Positions 33,758 through 45,400 are shown, counted from the stretch's first letter. The stretch: 64,000 nt of DNA from Candidatus Marinacidobacterales bacterium (GCA_965219415.1 CBDCNP010000002.1:4704001-4768000); one strand, 5' to 3'. Notes: generated from the letters alone by a model not told the origin. Program-made: numbers and translations.

Positions 33758-33923
33758 GGTGCTTGCGTCGTTTACTGTTGGTGATGTGTACGCATCCCTT
33801 TGCAAAAAAGGCGCTTACGCTCCATTTAGCGCGCAGCGAAGGTCACGAACGCTAATTTGGCTGTAATTTAATGCACCGTAAAATCTTAGCGTCATCTCAC
33901 CAACACTTAATGGCGGAAGCACC
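33758..33923 (+). mobile_element. 166-bp IS1-related MITE
   Basis: Full copy. Confidence 0.85.
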
Positions 33924-34078
33924 GTCCGGCAAGCCACGCCTGGCGCCGCAACAAGCCCGCCTCTATGGTCTTGCCGAGGCCAACCTCGTCGGCGATCAGA
34001 AGTCTGGGAAGGCCAATCGCGATAAAGCCGCTCAAAAGCCCTCACCTGATGCGGCCAGGGGGTGACCGCCGAGGTCAC
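33924..34078 (-). pseudogene. SNF2-type helicase fragment
   Basis: PWPHQVRAF, then (frameshifted) [16 protein letters not shown] Walker A. Confidence 0.75.
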
Positions 34079-34136
34079 TTCCCGGCGCCGCGCCAGCAGT
34101 ACTCGATTTTTGTCCAGTAAATAGCGTCCACCTCAC

Positions 34137-36794
34137 TTGTTTGACGGGAGGAGTCCATATACGGGCTGTTACATCTTGACCACCTCCCCGATCAGTGAGA
34201 GGATCGCTGACCATATTTCCAAGGTGCTCGTGAGCGACAGCCCCCACTCTCCTCAAGTCGATGGACCGATCGCCCACTGGCGATCTTCGGATAAGCACCC
34301 CCACCATCTGCGTGACCACCTGAAGGACGTTGGGGCGCTGAGCGCGGCCTTCGCTTCCAAGCTTAAGCTTGACGAGGCTGGGGAACTCATCGGCCTCCTT
34401 CACGATCTGGGCAAGTACAGCAAGGAGTTCCAGGACTACATCCGCTCCGCGCTTGGACTCAAGAACCCGGACGAGGATGACTACGTCGATGTCGCGGCAA
34501 GGCGGGGTAAGGTCGATCACTCCAGTGCCGGCGCACAGTTCGTTTGGCGGGCGCTTTCAGCCAAGGGACCAACGGAGCGCGTGATTGGTCAATTTCTCGC
34601 GCTTTGCATTGCGTCGCATCATTCGGGCTTGATCGACTGCCTGGACCCGGATGGGGAAGACACCTTCGGAAGGCGAATGATGAAGGGGCAAGAGAAGACC
34701 CACCTGGACGAAGCGTCTGGTGCCGCAGACGCAGGGATCTTGGCGAGGTGTGATGAGATCCTCGAGAACCCAGGACTCATTCAGGGATTGAAAGTCCTTA
34801 TTGACCGAATAGTGAAAGCGAATCCCCCGATTACTGACCAAAGATCGGTTGGGCCCGTTCTGCAAATCGGCCTGGCTCTGCGCTTTTTATTCAGCTGTCT
34901 GATCGATGCAGATCGAATCGACACCGCCGACTTTGAGCGAAATCTCAAAAGCCAGGATCGTCCCAGCGGAGACTATGTTGAGTGGGCGGTGCTTATTGAC
35001 CGCCTAGAGCGACATTTATCCGACTGGCGGCCGAGTCGGCCGATCGACGCCATCCGCCGCAATATCTCGCAGCATTGCCTCAACGCTGCATCGCGGCCCG
35101 TCGGCGTCTACACCCTTACGGTACCGACAGGCGGAGGCAAGACCCTCGCGAGCCTCCGCTTCGCTCTGCATCACGCTCAGCAAAGGCAGATATCTCCTCA
35201 AGCTGCCCCCGTCTCCAAGAGGCAGGGGCTGGATCGGATTATCTACGTCGTTCCGTTCAATTCCATCATCGACCAGAACGCGCGCGAAGTTCGAGCGATC
35301 CTGGAGCCGGTCGACGCGCCCGCCGATCAGGGGCGTGTCGTCCTCGAACATCATTCTAGCTTGACACCGGAACAACAATCGTGGCGAGAGAAGATTCTTA
35401 GCGAGAACTGGGATGCTCCGGTCGTCTACACCACCATGGTGCAGCTTCTGGAGTCGCTCTTCGGCGCCGGGACACGCGGGGCGCGTCGGATGCACCAGCT
35501 TGCTAACGCCGTCGTGGTGTTCGACGAAGTGCAGGCCCTGCCGATCAAGTGTGTGCATCTGTTCAACAATGCGGTGAACTTTCTGGTCGAGCAGTGCAAC
35601 AGCACCGTTGTCCTATGTACGGCGACGCAACCGCTCTTGGATCGGGTGGCACCGGAGAAAGGCGCAATTCGCCTTGCTCCCGAGCATGAGCTGATGCCAG
35701 ACACGAAGGCGCTCTTCGAGACCCTGAAGCGTGTCGAAGTGCGTGATCGCAGGAAACCGAGAGGCTGGAGCGACGGCGAGGTGGCGGAATTGGCCCTCGA
35801 CGAGACGCGCCGGACGGGAAGCTGTCTCGTGATTGTGAACACGAAACGAGCAGCGAGAGCCGTCTATAAGATCTGTAGCCAGCGCCTCAAGAAGGAGGAA
35901 GTGTCTCACCTAAGCACCGATATGTGCCCAACCCACCGGAAGAACACGCTTGGGAGCAAGCGGGACCCCAGCGCCAACACCGTAATTGGGCGGCTGGAAC
36001 GGGGCGTCCCGATTCTCTGTGTCAGCACCCAGTTGATAGAGGCGGGAATCGATGTGGACTTCGGCGCCGTCGTCCGGTTTAGCGCCGGACTTGACTCGAT
36101 CGCCCAGGCCGCAGGCCGCTGCAACCGCAACGGAAATCCCGCGCCCGGCACCGTGCACGTGGTAAACCCAACCGATGAGAATCTCCGGCGCCTGCCGGAT
36201 ATCGCGGTCGGTCGTGACAAAGCCCAGCGCGTGATGGATGACTTTCGTGAAGACCCTGCTCGCTACGCCGACACTCTCTTTGGTCCAGAGGCGCTAGCCG
36301 AGTACTACAGGTACTACTTCTTTGATCAGCAGGGTGAGATGGAATACCCGGTCCCTGCTAGCGAGATCGGGCACGACGACACCCTTCTCAATCTGCTCTC
36401 TTACAACGATGCTGCAACCAGTGCCGCCCAACGCCAACATGATCAGGTGCCGCCCGGCCGTCTGCTGCATCAGGCCTTCATGGCAGCTGGTAGGGCATTC
36501 AAGGCGATTGACGCGCCGACTCGGGGCGTAATTGTTCCCTACGAGAGGGGTGGCGCGGAACTTATTGCTGATTTGGAGAGGTCGCCCGATGCCAAGGCAG
36601 AGTTCGGCCTGTTGCGCCGAGCTCAGCAATATACGGTGAACGTCTTCCCTCACATACTCCGACAGCTCGGTGCCGCAAAGGCTGTCCGCGAACTGCCGGA
36701 CACCCGGATTCTCTGCCTCGACAAGCGTTACTACAGTTCGATGTTCGGGCTTGCAACTGAGACTGTGTCGCCCATGGAGATGCTCTATGTCTAA
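34137..36794 (+). CDS. cas3: Cas3 HD nuclease-helicase (true start may be slightly downstream)
   Basis: LLHDLGK, LIDADRID, PTGGGKT, DEVQ, TAT, QAAGRCNR. Confidence 0.97.
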   Translation: MFDGRSPYTGCYILTTSPISERIADHISKVLVSDSPHSPQVDGPIAHWRSSDKHPHHLRDHLKDVGALSAAFASKLKLDEAGELIGLLHDLGKYSKEFQDYIRSALGLKNPDEDDYVDVAARRGKVDHSSAGAQFVWRALSAKGPTERVIGQFLALCIASHHSGLIDCLDPDGEDTFGRRMMKGQEKTHLDEASGAADAGILARCDEILENPGLIQGLKVLIDRIVKANPPITDQRSVGPVLQIGLALRFLFSCLIDADRIDTADFERNLKSQDRPSGDYVEWAVLIDRLERHLSDWRPSRPIDAIRRNISQHCLNAASRPVGVYTLTVPTGGGKTLASLRFALHHAQQRQISPQAAPVSKRQGLDRIIYVVPFNSIIDQNAREVRAILEPVDAPADQGRVVLEHHSSLTPEQQSWREKILSENWDAPVVYTTMVQLLESLFGAGTRGARRMHQLANAVVVFDEVQALPIKCVHLFNNAVNFLVEQCNSTVVLCTATQPLLDRVAPEKGAIRLAPEHELMPDTKALFETLKRVEVRDRRKPRGWSDGEVAELALDETRRTGSCLVIVNTKRAARAVYKICSQRLKKEEVSHLSTDMCPTHRKNTLGSKRDPSANTVIGRLERGVPILCVSTQLIEAGIDVDFGAVVRFSAGLDSIAQAAGRCNRNGNPAPGTVHVVNPTDENLRRLPDIAVGRDKAQRVMDDFREDPARYADTLFGPEALAEYYRYYFFDQQGEMEYPVPASEIGHDDTLLNLLSYNDAATSAAQRQHDQVPPGRLLHQAFMAAGRAFKAIDAPTRGVIVPYERGGAELIADLERSPDAKAEFGLLRRAQQYTVNVFPHILRQLGAAKAVRELPDTRILCLDKRYYSSMFGLATETVSPMEMLYV

Positions 36795-37515
36795 AGGACA
36801 CCGCAACGCCATCGAATTCAAGGTATGGGGGCGGTACGCACTATTTGCCGATCCGCTCACCAGGATTGGTGGTGAGAAGTGCTCTTACCACATGCCTACC
36901 TACGAAGCACTCAAGGGTATCGTGAAGTCGATCTACTGGAAGCCCACGCTCATCTGGGTGATCGACGACATGAGGGTCATGAAGCGCATTCGCACCCAGA
37001 CCAAGGGTACGAAGCCCCAGGAGTTCAGCGGCGGAAACACGCTGGCGATCTATACATTCCTGGCGGATGTCGAGTACCAGGTACGTGTGCACTTCGAGTG
37101 GAATACCGTGCGGCCAGAACTGGCTGGTGACCAGAACGAGAACAAACACCACAACATGGCGAAGCGTTTCCTGGAACGAGGCGGGCGGCAAGACATCTTC
37201 CTTGGCACACGGGATTGCCAAGGGTACGTTGAACCGTGTGAGTTTGGCTCAGGGCAAGGGGAGTTGGATGGGACTGGAGAACTGGCCTTCGGCCTGATGT
37301 TTCATGGCTTCGACTACCCGGACGAAACCGGCGGGCGGGAGATGCATGCACGCTTCTGGCAACCGAAGCTTGTTAATGGAGTCATCACCTTTGCGCGGCC
37401 AGACAAATGCCCTGTCAAACGGCTAGTTCGGGAAATGAGCGTGAAGCCCTTCGGAATTGGGAAGAGCCAGCGTTCCGTGGACCACGAGGCCGTTAAGTTG
37501 GAGGCCGAGAAATGA
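36787..37515 (+). CDS. cas5: Cas5c (Cas5d)
   Basis: WGRYALF.DP, PTYEALKG, SIYWKP, FLGTRDC. Confidence 0.95.
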   Translation: MSKGHRNAIEFKVWGRYALFADPLTRIGGEKCSYHMPTYEALKGIVKSIYWKPTLIWVIDDMRVMKRIRTQTKGTKPQEFSGGNTLAIYTFLADVEYQVRVHFEWNTVRPELAGDQNENKHHNMAKRFLERGGRQDIFLGTRDCQGYVEPCEFGSGQGELDGTGELAFGLMFHGFDYPDETGGREMHARFWQPKLVNGVITFARPDKCPVKRLVREMSVKPFGIGKSQRSVDHEAVKLEAEK

Positions 37516-39425
37516 ACTGGCTTCTCAAGCTGTATGAGACTTATGAGAACTACGCGGAACATGAGCCCGAAGGTGCCGAACTGCTGATGCCTGTTGCCCA
37601 CACAACCCAACAGGCGCAGATTGAGATCGTGTTGGACGGCAAGGGCGCCTTCAGGCGGGCGTCAGTCATCGAGAAGGGCTCAGGAGTCACGATGATTCCT
37701 TGCACCGAGGAGTCAGGAGGCCGTGCTGGCAGCAAGCCCGTGAACCACCCCCTTTGCGACAAGCTCCAGTATGTTGCTGCGGATTTCGTCAAGTTCGGAG
37801 GCGACGTCACATCTGGCTTCGCGTCAAACCCGGCCGAGCCCCACGCTGCCTTTGTGAAGTCACTGACGGCGTGGGCGAAATCAGACCACGGCCATCCGAA
37901 GTTGGACGCCATCCGGAAATATGTGGTGGGCGGGCGGGTCATCGCAGATTTGGTGAAGGCAGGGGTCCTCCCAACGGACAAGAAGGGAAAACTGCTCAAG
38001 GCGTGGGACGGTGTTCGTGGCTCCACCCCGACCATCTTTCGAGTCATTCAGAAAAGCCAAGCGCCGGGGGATGCCTTTGTACGCTGGCAGGTGGAGAGCC
38101 AGGCCGGAGACGCCGTTTCCAAGACATGGAATGACCCCGCGTTGGCCTCCGCTTGGATTGACTACTATCACACCATCCAGACTAAGCGAGGGTACTGCAT
38201 GGTGACTGGCAAGGAGGCCCCCTTGGCCATCCAGCATCCGGCCAGGCTGAGGGGCGGTGGTGACAAGGCGAAGCTGATCTCTTCCAACGACACGAGCGGC
38301 TTCACGTTTCGAGGCAAGTTCATCAAAGCCGATGACGCCGCCGGCGTTAGCTTTGACGTCTCTCAGAAGGCCCACAACGCTCTCCGTTGGCTCATTGCTC
38401 GCCAAGGGTACGTGGACAGCAAGCGAAAGCAGGCTGTGGTCAGCTGGGTGGTTGCGGGAAAGCCGCACCCGGATTGGTTCTCGAGCACTCTTGAACTTTG
38501 CGGCCTTGACGGGGGAGCGTTGGAGGTAGCGCCCCACGGCGCAGATACGGATCAAGCATTCGCGATCAGGCTGAAGAAGGCGATTGCAGGCTACGGGGCG
38601 AGCCTTGACCCAACGGATGTCGTCGTCGTGATGGCGTTGGATTCCGCTACCCCAGGCCGCATGGCGATCACGTTCTACCGAGAACTCAAGGGATCCGAGT
38701 TTCTCGACCGGCTCCAGGCGTGGCACGCGAGATGCGCCTGGCCACAGAATATGGGCAAGGAGCGCAAGTTTGTTGGCGCTCCTTCACCCCGGGACATTGC
38801 TGAGGCCGCCTACCATCGTTTGGACGAAAAACTCGGTAAGGCGACCATCGAGCGACTCCTGCCATGCATCGTTGACGGCCTGCCGATTCCGCACGCGTTG
38901 GTCATGTCAACGACCCGCCGAGCGAGCAATCGAGTGGGCCTCGAAAACTGGGAGTGGGAGAAGTGTTTGGGCATCGCCTGCGCGCTCTTCAAAGGGTATT
39001 TCACCGAAAGGAATTATCAAATGACGCTGGAAACTAATCGAACAACTCGCGACTATTTGTATGGTCGGCTTCTGGCTATAGCGGAGCACATCGAATCACA
39101 CGCCCTTTATGTGGCCGGCGAAAACCGCGACACGACCGCTGCCCGTCTGATGCAGCGCTTTGCGGATCGGCCCTACTCCACCTGGAAAACGATAGAGCTT
39201 TCGCTCACTCCCTATAAGACTCGCCTGCGGAACATGCGTGCTGGCTTTCTCTATAAGATGGAGAAGGACCTTGACGGAGTGATGAATGCTTTCGCAGCCG
39301 AGGATTTCAGGCGGGATACCCAACTTTCGGGGGAGTTCCTGCTGGCCTACCACTGCCAACGGCAGGTGCTGCACCTGAGGACAACTGCTCCAACCGAGAA
39401 CGAGCCCACCGCGACCAAAGAATGA
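37512..39425 (+). CDS. cas8c: Cas8c (Csd1)
   Basis: HPLCDKLQY, AKLISSND, ATPGRMAI, YLYGRLLA. Confidence 0.95.
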   Translation: MNWLLKLYETYENYAEHEPEGAELLMPVAHTTQQAQIEIVLDGKGAFRRASVIEKGSGVTMIPCTEESGGRAGSKPVNHPLCDKLQYVAADFVKFGGDVTSGFASNPAEPHAAFVKSLTAWAKSDHGHPKLDAIRKYVVGGRVIADLVKAGVLPTDKKGKLLKAWDGVRGSTPTIFRVIQKSQAPGDAFVRWQVESQAGDAVSKTWNDPALASAWIDYYHTIQTKRGYCMVTGKEAPLAIQHPARLRGGGDKAKLISSNDTSGFTFRGKFIKADDAAGVSFDVSQKAHNALRWLIARQGYVDSKRKQAVVSWVVAGKPHPDWFSSTLELCGLDGGALEVAPHGADTDQAFAIRLKKAIAGYGASLDPTDVVVVMALDSATPGRMAITFYRELKGSEFLDRLQAWHARCAWPQNMGKERKFVGAPSPRDIAEAAYHRLDEKLGKATIERLLPCIVDGLPIPHALVMSTTRRASNRVGLENWEWEKCLGIACALFKGYFTERNYQMTLETNRTTRDYLYGRLLAIAEHIESHALYVAGENRDTTAARLMQRFADRPYSTWKTIELSLTPYKTRLRNMRAGFLYKMEKDLDGVMNAFAAEDFRRDTQLSGEFLLAYHCQRQVLHLRTTAPTENEPTATKE

Positions 39426-39443
39426 GAACCCAGGAGAACCACT

Positions 39444-40316
39444 ATGACCATCTTGAGCCACAAGATCGACTTTGCCCTTGTCATTCGCGTCAACCGCGCC
39501 AACCCAAACGGTGACCCGCTCAACGGGAACCGGCCGCGAACCGACTACGCCGGTCTCGGTGAGATCACCGACGTTTGCCTCAAGCGCAAGCTGCGTGATC
39601 GCCTTGCGGAGCGCCACACGGCCCTACCCGAAAAAGAGAAGGCGGGGCAAGCGATCTTCGTTCAGTCGGACGATCGAAAAACGGACGGAGAGCCAAGTCT
39701 CCGCGCCCGTGCCGAATCTGAAACCAACGGGCTTGGGAAGAGGGTCTTTGGGAAAAGCGCAAAGAAGGATGAGACGGCGAAGCTTGCCGCCGCGAAGTGG
39801 TTCGACGTGCGCGCGTTTGGGCAGGTGTTCGCTTTTAGTAAGGGGGACGACGCGAGCGGTGTTTCCATTCCGATCCGAGGACCGGTCACCATTCAGTCCG
39901 CCTTTAGCAAGGAACCCGTGAGTATTACCAGTACTCAGATCACAAAGAGCGTTAGCGGAGAAGGCGATGGGACTAAGCGTGGGTCCGACACGATGGGAAT
40001 GAAACACCGTGTCGACAGCGGCATCTACGAATGCTACGGCAGCATCAATCCGCAACTCGCCGAGCGAACAGGCTTCACCGACGCCGACGCCGATGTCATC
40101 AAGGCAATCCTACCGAAACTGTTCGAAAACGATGCTTCCTCAGCACGCCCCGATGGAAGCATGCAGGTGCTGAAGGTGATTTGGTGGAAGCACAAAAGCA
40201 AGGCGGGTCAGTACTCGTCGGCGAAGGTGCACGGGTCCCTAACCGTCAATTCTGACGGGTCGATCAATCATTCAGACCTCTCTGGCTTGCTCCCGGAAGA
40301 GATCGAAGGGTTCTGA
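39444..40316 (+). CDS. cas7: Cas7c (Csd2)
   Basis: NPNGDP, TDVCLKRKLR, DVRAFG, TMGMKH. Confidence 0.96.
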   Translation: MTILSHKIDFALVIRVNRANPNGDPLNGNRPRTDYAGLGEITDVCLKRKLRDRLAERHTALPEKEKAGQAIFVQSDDRKTDGEPSLRARAESETNGLGKRVFGKSAKKDETAKLAAAKWFDVRAFGQVFAFSKGDDASGVSIPIRGPVTIQSAFSKEPVSITSTQITKSVSGEGDGTKRGSDTMGMKHRVDSGIYECYGSINPQLAERTGFTDADADVIKAILPKLFENDASSARPDGSMQVLKVIWWKHKSKAGQYSSAKVHGSLTVNSDGSINHSDLSGLLPEEIEGF

Positions 40317-40326
40317 AAACGTCGTC

Positions 40327-40962
40327 GTGCACGAAGACGATTTCCTACCGCTGTCAGGCATCCAGCATCTCGTTTTCTGTGAACGGCAGGCGGCCCTCAT
40401 CCATGTGGAGCGAGTCTTCGAAGAAAACGTGTTCACAAGCGAAGGGCGCCTCCTGCACCAATCCGTCGCGACACCCGGCGGTCGTGTGCGGGAGGGCGTT
40501 CGGGTTGAGACCGATGTTTGGTTGCGATCCGAGCGCCTCGGCCTTGTGGGCCGGGCGGATCGAGTCGAGACACGGAGGGTCGCAGGAGAGAAAAGGGTTC
40601 AGCCAGTCGAGTCGAAGCGAGCGCGCCGTAAGAGTCTCCGAGCCGATTGCATCCAGCTCTGCGCTCAAGCGATGGCGCTTGAGGAAATGCGCTCTGTCGT
40701 AGTTGAGTCAGGCGAGCTGTACTATATCAACTCGCGGCAACGGCTGACGATTCCGATCACGGGTGACCTCCGCGAGGCTACAGCGAAAGCTGCTCGCCGC
40801 TTCCACGAGATATGTCGGACGGGCCTCCTGCCGAAGCCGAAGTTCGATGCGCGCTGCAAGTCGTGCTCGCTGAATCAAATCTGTCTGCCCGCTGTTTTTG
40901 AGCGACCGACGAAGATTACGGACTACCTTGCCGTCGCATGGGATGACCATGATTCTCAGTGA
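40327..40962 (+). CDS. cas4: Cas4
   Basis: FCERQAAL, GRAD, QLCAQ, CKSCSLNQIC Fe-S cysteines. Confidence 0.95.
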   Translation: MHEDDFLPLSGIQHLVFCERQAALIHVERVFEENVFTSEGRLLHQSVATPGGRVREGVRVETDVWLRSERLGLVGRADRVETRRVAGEKRVQPVESKRARRKSLRADCIQLCAQAMALEEMRSVVVESGELYYINSRQRLTIPITGDLREATAKAARRFHEICRTGLLPKPKFDARCKSCSLNQICLPAVFERPTKITDYLAVAWDDHDSQ

Positions 40963-41983
40963 GCCACTCAATACACTGTTCGTGACCCTCCCCGGCGCGT
41001 ATCTGGCAAAGGATCACGAGAATCTCGTCGTGAAGGTCGAGCAGAAGGAGCGTGTCCGCGTGCCTCTTCACCACGTGGGTAGCGTTGTTCTGTTCGGCGG
41101 GACGATTGCCAGTATCGGCGCGCTTGGAGCCCTTGCGGAGCGAGGCATCCAGGTGTCATTCCTGACAGCGGGCGGGAAGTTTCTCGGACGAGTGGAGGGG
41201 CGGTGGCAGGGCGGCTCGCTGCTTCGCAAGGCCCAGTACGCGGCCGCGAACTCTCCCAAGGAGTCACTCAAGGTAGCTCAGGGCGTCGTGCTCGGGAAGC
41301 TCGCCAACCAGCGCCAGATGGTGATGCGCTCGGCGCGAGACGCGCTGCCCGAGCCAGCCCGCGCTCTCCGGCGAGGAGCAGATGGGCTTTCGAAGGCGCT
41401 GTCGAGCGCACGGAAGGCGAGAGACATAGATGTTCTCCGAGGATTCGAAGGGTACGGAGCGAGTGTCTACTTCGAAACTTTCCCTTCGATGCTCCGCAAC
41501 CGAGCGAACGGTGTGAGCTTTGAGAAGCGGCAGCGGCGCCCGCCGATGGACCCCGTCAACGCTCTCCTGTCGTTCCTCTACGCCGTCCTGCTAAACGACG
41601 TCTGCTCGGCGTTACTGGCGACTGGACTAGATCCGGCGGTCGGCTTTCTCCACCAAGATCGCCCCGGACGGCCTTCGCTCGGTCTTGATCTCATGGAGGA
41701 GTTTCGCGCTCCTTTTACGGACCGCGCTGTCCTTGCACTGCTGAATCGCGAGCAGATCGGCGCGAAGGACTTCGAGAGGGATGGCTCGGGAGCGCTGAGG
41801 TTGAAGAGTGGGGCTCGCAGAACTGTTCTAGTCCACTGGCAAGAGCGACGCCAAGAAGTCGTCCGGCACCCTTTGACTGAAGAGAAGGTCGCGCTGGGCG
41901 TCCTGCCACATGTCCAGGCGCGGATCCTCGCGCGTGTGTTGCGGGGCGATGCGGCCGAGTATGCGCCGTACATCATGAGCTGA
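40943..41983 (+). CDS. cas1: Cas1 (type I-C)
   Basis: LRGFEG, DPVNALLSFLY, GFLH, LDLMEEFR. Confidence 0.97.
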   Translation: MTMILSEPLNTLFVTLPGAYLAKDHENLVVKVEQKERVRVPLHHVGSVVLFGGTIASIGALGALAERGIQVSFLTAGGKFLGRVEGRWQGGSLLRKAQYAAANSPKESLKVAQGVVLGKLANQRQMVMRSARDALPEPARALRRGADGLSKALSSARKARDIDVLRGFEGYGASVYFETFPSMLRNRANGVSFEKRQRRPPMDPVNALLSFLYAVLLNDVCSALLATGLDPAVGFLHQDRPGRPSLGLDLMEEFRAPFTDRAVLALLNREQIGAKDFERDGSGALRLKSGARRTVLVHWQERRQEVVRHPLTEEKVALGVLPHVQARILARVLRGDAAEYAPYIMS

Positions 41984-41993
41984 CAGAACTGCG

Positions 41994-42290
41994 ATGGCAT
42001 TGGTTGTGGTAGTGAGCTACGACGTGGATACAACCACGAAGGAGGGCCGCAGGCGTCTGCGAAAAGTCGGCCGTGCTTGTCTAGACAGCGGCCAACGGGT
42101 CCAATTCTCGGTCTTTGAGTGCACCGTCAACGAGGAGCAGTGGGTGAGACTTCGGGGCCGGCTCTTGGGTCTCATTGACGAGAAGAAGGACAGTCTTCGC
42201 TTCTACAACCTTGGAGAAGAGTCGTCACGCCGGATCGAGCATCATGGAATAAAAGCGACGATGGACCCGCAAGGAATTCTCTTGGTATGA
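41994..42290 (+). CDS. cas2: Cas2
   Basis: VSYDV, GQRVQFSVFEC, DSLRFY. Confidence 0.97.
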   Translation: MALVVVVSYDVDTTTKEGRRRLRKVGRACLDSGQRVQFSVFECTVNEEQWVRLRGRLLGLIDEKKDSLRFYNLGEESSRRIEHHGIKATMDPQGILLV

Positions 42291-42471
42291 GCCGCGAACC
42301 TGAGGTGGGACTGAAAGTCCGCGAGCTTCGCGATTCGTCTGAAAGTGTTGAAAGCGAGTCGGTTAGCAACATATTTTCGCTCTCCTTCGATCTATGGGAG
42401 CAAGTTGCCGAGCGGGTATCGCGAAAAGCGACCCATAAGCTACTGTTGAATCCGGCCTTCCGGGGTCGGCT
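42291..42471 (+). promoter_or_regulatory. CRISPR leader
   Basis: 181-bp non-coding region between cas2 and the first repeat. Confidence 0.8.
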
Positions 42472-45400
42472 GTCTCCCCTCGCTTCGGCGGGGGGAGTGG
42501 ATTGAAACCCGCTTCGCTCAGTCGGTGAAGGAGCACGAGAACCGGGAGTCTCCCCTCGCTTCGGCGGGGGGAGTGGATTGAAACTGTACGGTCCGAAGGT
42601 ACTGCTCCAGAACATCAACGCGTCTCCCCTCGCTTCGGCGGGGGGAGTGGATTGAAACCATTCAACCCGCAGCCGCGACGACAGTGATAGTCAGGGTCTC
42701 CCCTCGCTTCGGCGGGGGGAGTGGATTGAAACACTTTAAAAACCGAGTGGAGCTCTAGTTCTTCCGGGACGTCTCCCCTCGCTTCGGCGGGGGGAGTGGA
42801 TTGAAACCTTTTTACCTGTTTGAGGTTTTACGAGTGGTCGCAAGTCTCCCCTCGCTTCGGCGGGGGGAGTGGATTGAAACCGACTTTTCACTACCGCGTC
42901 GCGGAGGACATCGAGTCTCCCCTCGCTTCGGCGGGGGGAGTGGATTGAAACTCGTAAATTCCCGCTTTGCGGAGGTGCACTCTCCAGGTCTCCCCTCGCT
43001 TCGGCGGGGGGAGTGGATTGAAACTACGAAAATCGCTTCGTATGGGTGGGCGGTTTCCAGTCTCCCCTCGCTTCGGCGGGGGGAGTGGATTGAAACTGCG
43101 AAGGCTACCGCAGCGCGCTGGTAAGGACGTAGGTCTCCCCTCGCTTCGGCGGGGGGAGTGGATTGAAACGCATCTTCGACAAGGAATCATTCCTTGCTCT
43201 CCAAATGTCTCCCCTCGCTTCGGCGGGGGGAGTGGATTGAAACCTACGATTTCGCGTGCGATGAATGCGGTACGGTCGGTAGTCTCCCCTCGCTTCGGCG
43301 GGGGGAGTGGATTGAAACAAGACGATGATGATTGCAGGCTCTTCCTCGGCTCGAGTCTCCCCTCGCTTCGGCGGGGGGAGTGGATTGAAACCAGTGAACG
43401 TATTTCACCGGAACCGGCTTCGAAAGGAGGTCTCCCCTCGCTTCGGCGGGGGGAGTGGATTGAAACAAAACGACAGATGCCGGCGATTACCTAGTGAGGG
43501 GTCTCCCCTCGCTTCGGCGGGGGGAGTGGATTGAAACGACACGAATTACCCGGCGATGCAGGGCTACTGGGAGTCTCCCCTCGCTTCGGCGGGGGGAGTG
43601 GATTGAAACAGGGTGGATCGAGGGGAAATCAGTTGATTACCTCAAGTCTCCCCTCGCTTCGGCGGGGGGAGTGGATTGAAACTCCCCCGCTACGATTGGC
43701 TTGGTCGGCCCGGAGACATAGTCTCCCCTCGCTTCGGCGGGGGGAGTGGATTGAAACTGTACTCGTCACCGATCAGGCCGAGGCCGATAAGGTCTCCCCT
43801 CGCTTCGGCGGGGGGAGTGGATTGAAACAGCGATCGTCGACGGCGAGCTGCGCGATACGTCCGACGTCTCCCCTCGCTTCGGCGGGGGGAGTGGATTGAA
43901 ACATGCCGGTCCGCATAGCGATGGCCCTACAGGAAGGTCTCCCCTCGCTTCGGCGGGGGGAGTGGATTGAAACCTTGATGAGAAATCAAGGCTAACTGGC
44001 GGTCCGTCGTCTCCCCTCGCTTCGGCGGGGGGAGTGGATTGAAACATTGTCAGCCGGTAGTTTGCGGGTACTTTCGAGAGGTCTCCCCTCGCTTCGGCGG
44101 GGGGAGTGGATTGAAACTCGAATGCGCGGTGGGACCCGCAGCACAGCAATAGTCTCCCCTCGCTTCGGCGGGGGGAGTGGATTGAAACCTGCCACTTGAT
44201 GAGCGGACGTGGATCGAAACGCGGTCTCCCCTCGCTTCGGCGGGGGGAGTGGATTGAAACCTTCATGCGTGCGTGTATACCAGGGTTGGCCACAGTCTCC
44301 CCTCGCTTCGGCGGGGGGAGTGGATTGAAACAGTCCTAGGGCCGCGGGGTCCATCGATCGGAATGTCTCCCCTCGCTTCGGCGGGGGGAGTGGATTGAAA
44401 CATCCTGTGAGCCGAGTGCTAGACAATGGGCCATGTCTCCCCTCGCTTCGGCGGGGGGAGTGGATTGAAACGTTGAGGGCAGGAGAGGCGCATGACTGAG
44501 TTCTGGTCTCCCCTCGCTTCGGCGGGGGGAGTGGATTGAAACTTGTCAGCTTTGCGACAAGTGCGCTTCGTTTTCGGTCTCCCCTCGCTTCGGCGGGGGG
44601 AGTGGATTGAAACGTCATGTACTCCACACTACACAAATGGAAGCGTTGTCTCCCCTCGCTTCGGCGGGGGGAGTGGATTGAAACACTGTGCCACGGTCTA
44701 TCCTTCCGTCAAGCAGCAGTCTCCCCTCGCTTCGGCGGGGGGAGTGGATTGAAACACTGTGCCACGGTCTATCCTTCCGTCAAGCAGCAGTCTCCCCTCG
44801 CTTCGGCGGGGGGAGTGGATTGAAACTCTTCCAAGTGTCCAGGGCGGATTCGGTCGAGGTGTCTCCCCTCGCTTCGGCGGGGGGAGTGGATTGAAACACG
44901 GAAGAGAAGCCGTACACGTGGTTTCAGCTCTGTCTCCCCTCGCTTCGGCGGGGGGAGTGGATTGAAACTTTCCGGTGGCGCCGAGCCTGTACTACTGTGC
45001 TGTCTCCCCTCGCTTCGGCGGGGGGAGTGGATTGAAACTTTCTCCCACTCAGCGCACCACCTCGGGACCGAGTCTCCCCTCGCTTCGGCGGGGGGAGTGG
45101 ATTGAAACGGGAGCTTCTTCCGGAGGCCCTCGAGGTCAACCAGTCTCCCCTCGCTTCGGCGGGGGGAGTGGATTGAAACACAAGAGCACCGCCAACTACG
45201 TCCCGTCGAGCAGCCGGTCTCCCCTCGCTTCGGCGGGGGGAGTGGATTGAAACATCGCGTGCTCCGAGCTACGCCAGATTGATCTCCTGTCTCCCCTCGC
45301 TTCGGCGGGGGGAGTGGATTGAAACAGCTAGAACCTGTTCGTCTATTCCGGTTTCGACCGTCTCCCCTCGCTTCGGCGGGGGGAGTGGATTGAAACGGTC

